Shown here: one piece after another, positions 49,553 through 57,895 of the stretch
Layout: each line of letters starts with the position of its first letter
Position numbering within the stretch: position 1 is the first letter of the stretch
Source: Ostreococcus lucimarinus
Lineage: Eukaryota
DNA length: 64,000 bases
Direction: 5' to 3' (one strand)
Assembly: GCA_000092065.1 (NCBI GenBank)
Contig: CP000588.1
Made by a program: the position numbers and the translations under genes
Notes under the pieces: generated by a model
What the model was told of the DNA's origin: nothing
The model's input: only the letters and a program-made list of their open reading frames with translations
Databases searched by the model: none

Positions 49553-50746
49553 ATGAAGCGTAAAACGAGCGTAAAACGCGAAGACGACGACGACGCGCGA
49601 TCCGACGACGCGCGCGGCGCGCGGGGGGGGGCGAGCGCGTACGAAACGGACGACGCGCTGACGCAGTATTTGGAATTTCACTACGCGCGAAGTGACAGTT
49701 ACGACGGAGACATTCAACACGGTCGACCACCGCGTTTCGCGGGAACGCTGCCGGCAAGCGGTTTTGTAGAAAAGGAAGGGTGTGAAGGGTGTCATGAGTT
49801 TGTGCCGTTTCCCGTGCGCTGTACGTGGTTCTTGATGAACGCGCTGAGAGCGAGCCCCAAGTTCCTGTCCCGCTCGGACGAAGGCGAGAAAATGCGAGCG
49901 CTCGACGTCGGTTGCGCCGTGGGCGGCGCGACGATCGAATTGGCGAGAAAACGATGTATACATCGGGAATGTTACGAGACCTTCTTCGGATATGACGAAC
50001 GGACGTGTTGCGGTTACCATTTGTTATCAAAGGTGTTTTGGAGCTATCGGGGCGAGAGAATAGCAGGCTGGCCCGATGTTTGGGGATACCTACCGCGTCA
50101 TGGGAAACTAGACGAATTCGAATATCATCACGAACTAGCGGAGCGCGTAAAGCACGCAGAGTTTGTTTTCGATGAAGTCGTTGGATTTGATAGTAGCGCA
50201 CCCTTCATCGAAGCGGCAAAGCAGATGCGCGATGAAAAAGAGAGGCGTGTAGATGTTCCAATGGAAGGCGGTAAACGGGAAAGTATGGAATTGAGTTGGT
50301 TTGAAGACGCTCCATTCATCGATTGGTTCAAGAGCTGGGCGACCGAGAAACACTTGGTGGATTTCAAACCAATGACAAAGTGTACGTTTGAAGTCGGCGA
50401 CGCGTGCTCGCTCGAGTACTGGAAAACTCTGGGGAAATTTGACGCCGTGTTGGTGGCCAACTTACTGTGTCGACTGCCTCGGCCGCGAGCGTGCCTGGAT
50501 GGACTGGCGACGGTGTGCAATCCCGGCGCCGTCGTCGTGTTTTGCACGCCGTGGTCCTGGTTGGACGAGTACACGCCAGATAAACGCGAGCGCTTAGACA
50601 GTGCAGAGTTAGTATCGGAAATGAAGACGCGGGGTTTCGAAGAGGGCGAGCGGGACTATGATTACGAAATCCCGTGTTTCATTCGGGAGCATTACCGAAA
50701 AGTACAGTACATCATATCACAAGTGCGCGTGTTCATCAAACAGTAG
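49553..50746 (+). CDS. Class I SAM methyltransferase resembling the OvoA C-terminal / putative 4-mercaptohistidine N1-methyltransferase family, with an about 70-aa Cys/His-rich insertion after motif I
   Basis: LTQYLEFHY N-terminal motif, motif I ALDVGCAVGGATIELARK, VVGFDSSAPFIEAAKQ, FEVGDACSL...FDAVLVANLLCRLPRPRACL...GAVVVFCTPWSWLDEYTP. Family assignment is from memory of the TIGR04345 consensus. Confidence 0.5.
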   Translation: MKRKTSVKREDDDDARSDDARGARGGASAYETDDALTQYLEFHYARSDSYDGDIQHGRPPRFAGTLPASGFVEKEGCEGCHEFVPFPVRCTWFLMNALRASPKFLSRSDEGEKMRALDVGCAVGGATIELARKRCIHRECYETFFGYDERTCCGYHLLSKVFWSYRGERIAGWPDVWGYLPRHGKLDEFEYHHELAERVKHAEFVFDEVVGFDSSAPFIEAAKQMRDEKERRVDVPMEGGKRESMELSWFEDAPFIDWFKSWATEKHLVDFKPMTKCTFEVGDACSLEYWKTLGKFDAVLVANLLCRLPRPRACLDGLATVCNPGAVVVFCTPWSWLDEYTPDKRERLDSAELVSEMKTRGFEEGERDYDYEIPCFIREHYRKVQYIISQVRVFIKQ

Positions 50747-50759
50747 CAGCGAAGCGATT

Positions 50760-52139
50760 TCAATAGAGCACCACTTGCGCGCGAGTGTCGCGAACCCATC
50801 GTCCGAGTCGCTCGTCGAGCGTGAAGAATCGAGGCTCAAACGTTTCGCCGCGCGCCTCTCGCTCGCGTCGCTTTTCTCTTTCGGATTCCTCGACACGCTT
50901 CTTCGCGTTTTTCGCGTCGTCCCATCGATTCTCCTCCATCGCTTTAAACGTCTCTTTCCACACGACTTCGGTGTCTCGTTCGTCGTCGAGGTGCGTGTGT
51001 CGAACGATTTGCCCTCGGAACCTTTTCGCGTCTTCCAAATCGTAACGAGCGACGGCTTCGCCACTCGAAATTTTCTTCGCGACGACGCTGCCGTCGTATC
51101 GCCCATCGATCTCGCAGACGGCGGCACCGCTCCAGGTACTGTATACGACACCGCGAACACCACGCTTCGCGGCGTACGTAAATTCGCCTCGTAAACCCGT
51201 CTTTTCGCATCGAATCGACCACTTTCGCTTGCGCGTCATTCGCGAATGCCACCTCGGGACGAATCGCCACTCAAACGACGGTAAATCGCTCACGTACGTC
51301 TCGTCGCGATCGATCAGCGTAATTCTCGCCTCGCCTTCGAGCTCGACTTCGATGTGCGCGCCGACGAGGTGCGGTTTCGGTCGCAACTCACCCTCCACGC
51401 GGACGTTCGATCCGCGAGTGCAATGCGCCGAAATCGGCGGATGATGCGACACTTGTTCCCAAACGCTCTCGAATCGCTCGTTCGGGAAAACCACCGAATG
51501 AATCGCCGTTTCCCCCAGCACTGGATTGAGCGGCTTTTTCAGCGACGCCGGCGGCTCGATCTCCGCGATCATCGCCAGAGCGACGCCCGCGAAGCGCGTC
51601 ACCGCGTCGTCTCGCTCGGCGTCGACGCGTCTCAACATCTCAAAAAATCGCACCGTGCGCGACGGCGCGTCGCTCGACACCGAGCTCGCGCTGTCCGTCA
51701 CCGTTCGCAGCAGAGATATTCTCGCGCACCATCGAATCGGGGTCCCGAGAAACGACGTCAAGTCCACCCTGCCACCGCGCGCGGCGACGCTCGCCATCGC
51801 CGTCACCGCCTTCGCGTACGCCCTCGCCTTGGCCGCGAACGACCCTCCTCGAGATTCCGCCTCCATCTCCGACGACGCCCGCGCGAGCGCGCGGTGAAAC
51901 GCATCGTCCGCTTGCGTCTTCGGCTGCGTCGTCGCCAGCGTCGTCGCCGTCGCCGTCGCCGTCGCGTTCGCGTCCGTCTCCAGCCTTCGTTCCTCGACCT
52001 CGGACGATTTCACCAACGTCGGCGCCCACCACGGCGCGCGTCGCTCGAACGACGACGGTGCGTCGTAAAAGATTTCTTTTTCGCTCTCCCGCGGCTCTGC
52101 GTCGTCTCGCGGCGCGCGGACGCACGCGAAACACGCCAT
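50760..52139 (-). CDS. Oxysterol-binding protein-related protein (short ORD-only ORP, Osh4/Kes1-like)
   Basis: OSBP fingerprint EQVSHHPPISAHC. ATG at 52137-52139. Confidence 0.8.
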   Translation of the reverse strand: MACFACVRAPRDDAEPRESEKEIFYDAPSSFERRAPWWAPTLVKSSEVEERRLETDANATATATATTLATTQPKTQADDAFHRALARASSEMEAESRGGSFAAKARAYAKAVTAMASVAARGGRVDLTSFLGTPIRWCARISLLRTVTDSASSVSSDAPSRTVRFFEMLRRVDAERDDAVTRFAGVALAMIAEIEPPASLKKPLNPVLGETAIHSVVFPNERFESVWEQVSHHPPISAHCTRGSNVRVEGELRPKPHLVGAHIEVELEGEARITLIDRDETYVSDLPSFEWRFVPRWHSRMTRKRKWSIRCEKTGLRGEFTYAAKRGVRGVVYSTWSGAAVCEIDGRYDGSVVAKKISSGEAVARYDLEDAKRFRGQIVRHTHLDDERDTEVVWKETFKAMEENRWDDAKNAKKRVEESEREKRREREARGETFEPRFFTLDERLGRWVRDTRAQVVLY

Positions 52140-52491
52140 CGCGCCGCGGCGACATGTGACGATTCCTGTTCTCGCGGCGAATCGTCACACGAAGCGTTTC
52201 ACCGCGCGCGCGGCGTCTCGCGGCGCGCGTCTCGCGTCTCGCGGCGCGCGCGACGCCGCCGCGGCGATCGCGGTCGCGCTCGATCGCCGCGCGGACGCCG
52301 CGGCGACGCCGCGCGACGCCACACGTCGACGCGTTCGACCGAATTCACGCGTCGCGCGTCGCGCGCGCCCTCGACCGCCGCGCCCGACCCGCGCGACCGT
52401 CGCGCGCGTCGCCCGGCGACCGCCGACCGCGCCGCGCGCGCGACCGCGCCGGCGCGACGCCGCGCGCGCGAAAGATCGCCCGCGAGACGCG

Positions 52492-52818
52492 ATGTCCGCG
52501 ACGCGAGAATCGACGGACGCCGAGCGCGCGCAGACGAACGACGATGGATTCGAGTCCTCGGACGACGAGCAATACGTCGTGAAGCCCATCGACGTGTCGA
52601 CGATGTCGATCAGCGAGCGACGCGCGCAGCGGTTCAAGGATTGCTTTTGGGATCTCGAGGCGAAGCTCGCGCGGTGGTTCGGCTTGGAGGACTCGCGATA
52701 CGAATTCGAGCTGAGCGTGCGAGAAGAGGAAGACGAGCGCGCGGCGGCGGAGGCGGCGAGGGAGGAGGCGAAGAAAGACGCGGCGGCGCGCGCGGCGGAG
52801 GACGGGACGACGGCGTGA
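52492..52818 (+). CDS. Small acidic protein, uncharacterized
   Basis: ATG at 52492 within ORF 52156..52818. MSATRESTDAERAQTNDDGFESSDDEQYVVKPIDVSTMSISERRAQRFKDCFWDLEAKLARWFGLEDSRYEFELSV... Weak call. Confidence 0.25.
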   Translation: MSATRESTDAERAQTNDDGFESSDDEQYVVKPIDVSTMSISERRAQRFKDCFWDLEAKLARWFGLEDSRYEFELSVREEEDERAAAEAAREEAKKDAAARAAEDGTTA

Positions 52819-53096
52819 GAGGCGCGGCGCGCGCGCGAACCGTCGTCGACGGTTCGATTTCGGCGTCGACTCGGGCGAGCGAACGCGGCGCGAGAGGATT
52901 CGATGGCGACGTCGGCGTCGCGACGTCGGCGTCGGTGTTTATCAGTCATCGCGCGTGTATTACCATGGTGTTGCGATTCAACGATTCGTCGCGCGCGATC
53001 GCTCGTCGTCGATTCGTTCGCTCTCGTCGCGCGCCGCTCGCCGAACACCCTTCGGCGCCGCGTCGCGTCGCCGTAGACTGCGACGCGCGCGACGCC

Positions 53097-55271
53097 ATGC
53101 GACGTCGCGCGTCGACGCGCGCGCGCGCGATGCTCTTCGCGCTCTTCGCTCTGACGTGCGCGACGCTCCCGCGCGCGTCCGACGCGCGAGAAGCGTGCGC
53201 GACGAACGTCACCGCGTTCAAGCGACTCGCCGATCTTCGCGCGTTTCGGAATCCCGCGCTCCGAGGCGCGTTCTGCGTCACGCGGCTGCGCGCGGACGGC
53301 GTCGCGGGATGCTCGAACGATGCCATCACGTCGGCGCCGCTGCTAAGGCTTCGACCCGACGGGAACGAGACGATCGAGCTGGACGGCGAGAGGGTGTTGG
53401 TGGCGACGCCGGCGGCGTGGCAAAATTTAATGCGGCAGGCGTTCGTCGCGAACGACGCGCGAAGCGAGGCGTTGCGAGGGCGGATTAAAGCGGTACTCGT
53501 GGAAGCGATCGCGCCCGAAAGCGAGGAGGAGCGAGAGTGGGCGCGAGGGTACGCGCCGGGACCGGCGCACGAAACCAACGTCACGGGAGGCTTCGTGGGC
53601 GGCGTCGACGCGATGGGGATGGATCTCAGAGGAGTGCCGATGATGTTGTTAGATCGCGAGAGCACGTTGTTGGCGAGGAAGCGATCGCTGGATAACGTGA
53701 TCGCGGCCGATGCTGGGAGGGAGAAGGATATGTGGCAGGTGCGAACGGATGAACGCATGAATGGATTGGGAAAGCAACCGACGCTTGCTCCTCCGACGTC
53801 GTTGACGTGCCTGAAGTCGGGATCGTGTTTGCCGATCGGTGGGTACAGCGTGGTCGCCACCGCGCCGCCGATGTGGGGGCGCACCGACGGGCCGCACGCG
53901 GGCAAGAGCGTGATTTTAGTCATCGCGCGATTGGACGCGAACGGGTTGTTTAGAGACGCGACGCCCGCGGTGAACGCGCGGATGACTGGCCTCGTCGCGT
54001 TAATGGCGGCCGCCAAGTCGACGCAAAAGATGTTCAAGGAGATGGACGCGGAAGACGTCGCCCATCCCGTGGCGTTTCTGGCGCTCAGTGGTGAAGATTT
54101 CGGTAAGCTCGGCTCTGAGCGAATCGCGCGCGAGATGCTCGCCTCCACCGAAACGTCGCAGCTTCCCGGTTTGGCTGGGAAGAAAATTCGCGCCATCATA
54201 GAACTTGGTCCGCTCGGTTTCTCTGAATCCTTCGTGGGCGAACGCGTGCCGACGATTTACGTCCACGGCGCGCACGAGGGGAAAATGTTGGAGCGGATTG
54301 AGAAAATCGCGAACACGTTTGAGTTTGAAGAGACGGCGGCGTTGGGTGTACCCCGGATTCTTGAGACCGCGGCGCCGACATTCGAAGCGCTCCTCGCGAA
54401 TGAGTACGAAACGGCGTATTTATCCGAGGATCCCGACGCTCCAATCGACGAGCTCAGTGGAACGACGTTGGACGCCGGTAGTTTTCGCGCCATCGACGCC
54501 GAGCGCATGGAAACTGTCGTGCACGTCATCGCGCGTCTCGTGCGCGCCCTCGCGACGAACGACAAAGTCGACGCCCCGCGCTTGGATGTCGAGGGAGGTA
54601 AGCTCGCGGTGAAAGAGCTCGCAAAGTGTCTCACGAATGAAAACTACGGTTTGGAGAGATGCGAACTCGGCAAGAAGTTTTTGTACGGCGAAGAAGCGAG
54701 CGCGCCCGGACTCGGGGAATCTTTCGTCGACCCAGTCGCCTTGCCGTCTCGTTACCCCGATGCACTGCAAGGACTCTCTCGCGATATGCAGTCGCACGAA
54801 GACAAGAACGCCCTGGCAAGATTCGTGTGGAATTATCTCGCCGACGCCACGTCGAACACGGTTTCGCCCAAGATGTGCGAAGGAGACGGTTCTTGCGCCG
54901 AAAACACCGTATGCGTCGGCCGCACGCCGATGAGCGTCGGTGAGTGTCATGCTGCGACGTCGAAGTATATGTTAGCGCTTTCGACGCGATTAGCTTTTGA
55001 TCGTTCGACGGGTCTTTGGATCGTGAACGAGCCCAAAGACCCGTTCGAGCGCGCGGCGCCGCTGTGGACGGAGAGCGACTGGTCGCCGGCGATCGGTGCC
55101 ACGCTCGTCGCCCCGGTGAAGTACAACTTCTTCACGAGCGTGGATGCTTTTCTTCTGTACGGTGTCATCTGCCTGATGCTCGTCGTGGCTGCGCAGTTTT
55201 GCTTCGATCGCGACAAGAAACGCGGCGGCGCTCGCGAGCGCGAAGCGCTTTTGCGAGGCGCTCAACCGTGA
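53097..55271 (+). CDS. NCSTN: Nicastrin (gamma-secretase subunit): signal peptide, aminopeptidase-like ectodomain, C-terminal TM
   Basis: Signal peptide MLFALFALTCATLP. SVILVIARLDANGLFRDATPAVNARMTGLVALMAAAK matches the nicastrin DYIGS-region. C-terminal TM AFLLYGVICLMLVVAAQF. ATG at 53097; second ATG at 53130. The upstream part of the 51354 ORF is an Arg-rich artefact. Confidence 0.7.
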   Translation: MRRRASTRARAMLFALFALTCATLPRASDAREACATNVTAFKRLADLRAFRNPALRGAFCVTRLRADGVAGCSNDAITSAPLLRLRPDGNETIELDGERVLVATPAAWQNLMRQAFVANDARSEALRGRIKAVLVEAIAPESEEEREWARGYAPGPAHETNVTGGFVGGVDAMGMDLRGVPMMLLDRESTLLARKRSLDNVIAADAGREKDMWQVRTDERMNGLGKQPTLAPPTSLTCLKSGSCLPIGGYSVVATAPPMWGRTDGPHAGKSVILVIARLDANGLFRDATPAVNARMTGLVALMAAAKSTQKMFKEMDAEDVAHPVAFLALSGEDFGKLGSERIAREMLASTETSQLPGLAGKKIRAIIELGPLGFSESFVGERVPTIYVHGAHEGKMLERIEKIANTFEFEETAALGVPRILETAAPTFEALLANEYETAYLSEDPDAPIDELSGTTLDAGSFRAIDAERMETVVHVIARLVRALATNDKVDAPRLDVEGGKLAVKELAKCLTNENYGLERCELGKKFLYGEEASAPGLGESFVDPVALPSRYPDALQGLSRDMQSHEDKNALARFVWNYLADATSNTVSPKMCEGDGSCAENTVCVGRTPMSVGECHAATSKYMLALSTRLAFDRSTGLWIVNEPKDPFERAAPLWTESDWSPAIGATLVAPVKYNFFTSVDAFLLYGVICLMLVVAAQFCFDRDKKRGGAREREALLRGAQP

Positions 55272-55316
55272 CGCGCGGCGCGAACAGAAAACGCGTGTAA
55301 TATTAGTAGTTGACAA

Positions 55317-56150
55317 TTAAAACGACCACTGAAACGAAACATCCGCGACGTCATCGACGATGCCAACCTTTTCAAATCTCCCCGCGCTCTCCCACGCCTC
55401 GAGACCCCCTCGGACTTCGTCGTACGTCTTCGCGCCGTCCGGGTCGCGCTTGACCGCCTCGTACATCCGACGCAAATTCGCCCCACCGAGCGCCGCGCCC
55501 TCGCTCCAACCGAAGTACTTTGGCAACAAAAAATCACAAAAAATCAGCGTCGGAAACAGCGCGGCGTCCGCCGCGCTCTTCGTCTCGCCCGCGACGTAAT
55601 CGCCGTCCTCGCGTCCGCAAATCTCGTCCAGTATCCGCAACTGCCTCGCGATCTCCGCCAACTGCGTCGCGCGCGTCGCTCGGTCCATCGGCCCTCGATA
55701 CATCGCCCCCTGTATCGGCACCAAGTACTGATCGTGCGTTCGCGTCGCCAGCGCCCCGTTCGTCCGTCCCTCGATCGTCTTCGGCGTCGCCAGTCTCCGC
55801 GCCCCCTCGCTCGCCGCGTCCATCAGGTACGCGTTGATCACCTCGCTCTCCGGCACGCGCAGCCCGTTCGCCGCGACGAGCGTCGGCATCTTGAGCTGCG
55901 GATTAATCTCCGCGTACGCCGCGGACTTGATCCCGCCGTCCGCGAACGCGTCGTTCGGATTCGTCAACACGAGGTCGTCGTACAGCCCGAGCCAGCGCGC
56001 GAGCAATCGACACCGCGCGCCGTTGTTCGACACCGGGACGTCGTACAGCGTGCCGAGCGCGCGCGGGCGAAGCGTTGCCGCGCGCTGCGGCGTCGCGCGG
56101 CGCGCGCGCGCGCGCGCGGGCGCGGGCGCGGCGCGAGGCAACGTCGACAT
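55317..56150 (-). CDS. GST: Glutathione S-transferase family protein, plastid/mito-targeted
   Basis: Thioredoxin-like N-domain (LYDVPVSNNGARCRLLARWLGL, INPQLKMPTL, ESEVINAYL) plus helical C-domain. ATG at 56148-56150 (MSTLPRAAPAPARA presequence). Confidence 0.65.
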   Translation of the reverse strand: MSTLPRAAPAPARARARRATPQRAATLRPRALGTLYDVPVSNNGARCRLLARWLGLYDDLVLTNPNDAFADGGIKSAAYAEINPQLKMPTLVAANGLRVPESEVINAYLMDAASEGARRLATPKTIEGRTNGALATRTHDQYLVPIQGAMYRGPMDRATRATQLAEIARQLRILDEICGREDGDYVAGETKSAADAALFPTLIFCDFLLPKYFGWSEGAALGGANLRRMYEAVKRDPDGAKTYDEVRGGLEAWESAGRFEKVGIVDDVADVSFQWSF

Positions 56151-56335
56151 GACGAAGACGCGTCGCACACTGACGCGCGGCGCGCGCGCGCGACGCGTCG
56201 AAGGGCCGATCGGACGGCGCGCGCGGCGCCGACGCGTTCGTGGACGCGAACGCGCGAGAAACGGGACGCGCGAGGGCGCGAGGGCGACGCGAGACGGTCG
56301 GGACATCGCCGCCGCCGCCGCGAGCCGAAAGCGCG

Positions 56336-57718
56336 ATGAGCGACGAGAAACGCGCGAAGAAGGAAAAGAAGGCGAAGAAGGCGAAGAAGGAGAAGAAAGA
56401 AAAACGATCGTCGCGCGACGGCGCGGTCGAGGGCGGCGAGGCGAAGCGGGCGAAGAGGGAAGCGAGGACGGAGGGGGAGACGGCGGACGCGGACGCGAAC
56501 GCGAAGCGCGCGAGGTTCGCGTCGTTCGCGGAGACGCCGTTCGACGAGGCGATCGTCGCGCGGTTGTCGAGCGCGTTTCCGTCGCCGAGTCCGATTCAGG
56601 CGGCGGCGTGGCCGGCGGCGTGCGCGGGGAAGGATGTCGTCGCCGTCGCGAAGACGGGGAGCGGGAAGACGTTGGCGTTTCTGTTGCCGATGTTTCACGG
56701 TATGAAGCGACACGGTGGCGTGGAGGGACTCGTCGTCGCCCCGACGCGGGAATTGGCGATACAGATTCAAGCCGAAGCGGAGAAGTTCGGCGCGGCGCAT
56801 GGGTTTCAAAGCGTCGTGGTGTACGGCGGCGCGAGCGCGTACGAGCAAAAGAACGCGTTGCGAACGAAAAAGCCGTGCCTCGTCATCGGCACGCCGGGGC
56901 GATTGACGGACTTGATGAGTCAAGAGGGGGTGCTTTCGCTCGCCGAGCTTTCGGTGATCGTGCTGGATGAGGCGGATAGGATGTTAGATATGGGGTTTGA
57001 GCCGCAGATTAAGCAAATCTTCGGCGCGACGCCGACGAAGCGGCAGACGCTCTTGTTTTCGGCGACGTGGCCGAAATCCGTGCGTAAGCTCGCGGCGGGG
57101 TATTTAAATCAAGATAAATCGTGCGTCGAAGAGATTTTCATCGGCGAAGGCGCGTCGGACGGCGAACTGGCGGCGAACAAGGCTATCACGCAACGCTTCA
57201 TCGAGGCGAGAGACCACGAAAAAGACGAGCACTTGTACAATCTCATTTGCGAGTTTCCAGACGAGTCTCGCGTCGTCGTGTTCGCGAATACCAAGCGTCG
57301 CGTCGAAAATCTGGCGAAAACGTTCGCCGCGGAAGGTTTCGGCACCGTCTCCGTGCACGGCGATAAATCTCAAGCCGACCGCGAGGCGTCTCTGCGCAAA
57401 TTCGTCGAAAACAAGGCGCCGCTCATGATGGCCACCGACGTCGCCGCGCGCGGTTTAGACATCAAGGGCGTCACCCACGTCATCAATTACGACATGGCGC
57501 GCGACGTTGAGAGTTACGTCCACAGAATCGGTCGAACCGGCCGCGCCGGCGAACTCGGCGCCGCCGTCACGTTTTGGAACGTCGATTACGACAAGCCCTG
57601 CACCCCGGCGCTGTGCAAAATCGCTCGAGACGCCGGTCAGGCTGTCCCAGATTGGCTCGCCAAGTACGAAAAAATCAAAGAGTCTAAGCAATGGCGCGTC
57701 AAGGACGCTCATTTGTGA
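56336..57718 (+). CDS. DEAD-box ATP-dependent RNA helicase with Lys-rich N-terminus
   Basis: Q motif, AKTGSGKTLAF, PTRELA, DEAD (VLDEADRML), SAT, ARGLD, HRIGRTGRAG. ATG at 56336. Confidence 0.85.
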   Translation: MSDEKRAKKEKKAKKAKKEKKEKRSSRDGAVEGGEAKRAKREARTEGETADADANAKRARFASFAETPFDEAIVARLSSAFPSPSPIQAAAWPAACAGKDVVAVAKTGSGKTLAFLLPMFHGMKRHGGVEGLVVAPTRELAIQIQAEAEKFGAAHGFQSVVVYGGASAYEQKNALRTKKPCLVIGTPGRLTDLMSQEGVLSLAELSVIVLDEADRMLDMGFEPQIKQIFGATPTKRQTLLFSATWPKSVRKLAAGYLNQDKSCVEEIFIGEGASDGELAANKAITQRFIEARDHEKDEHLYNLICEFPDESRVVVFANTKRRVENLAKTFAAEGFGTVSVHGDKSQADREASLRKFVENKAPLMMATDVAARGLDIKGVTHVINYDMARDVESYVHRIGRTGRAGELGAAVTFWNVDYDKPCTPALCKIARDAGQAVPDWLAKYEKIKESKQWRVKDAHL

Positions 57719-57895
57719 TGCACGCGCACACGCTCGTGACGCGTCCTCTGATGTCGTCGTCGTCCGCGTTGTAATAGAATTCAAATTTTTTTTTCAAAAT
57801 TTTCAGCTGTCAGCCACCGATGCTTCGCTCGCGCCGCACACTCCCTCGCGCGTCGCGCCGCATCGCGCGCACCGCGCGGCGCGCGCTCGTCCGCC

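Noticed and set aside
49940-50420. AT-rich segment in the methyltransferase gene as a retained intron or inserted mobile DNA
   Set aside because: The frame stays open for about 160 codons and the segment encodes the conserved VVGFDSSAPFIEAA methyltransferase motif. I treat it as coding and report it as a compositional anomaly.
51354-53096. Upstream 580 codons of the 1305-aa plus-strand ORF
   Set aside because: Arg-rich junk antisense to the ORP gene. Only the part from ATG 53097 (signal peptide) onward is nicastrin.
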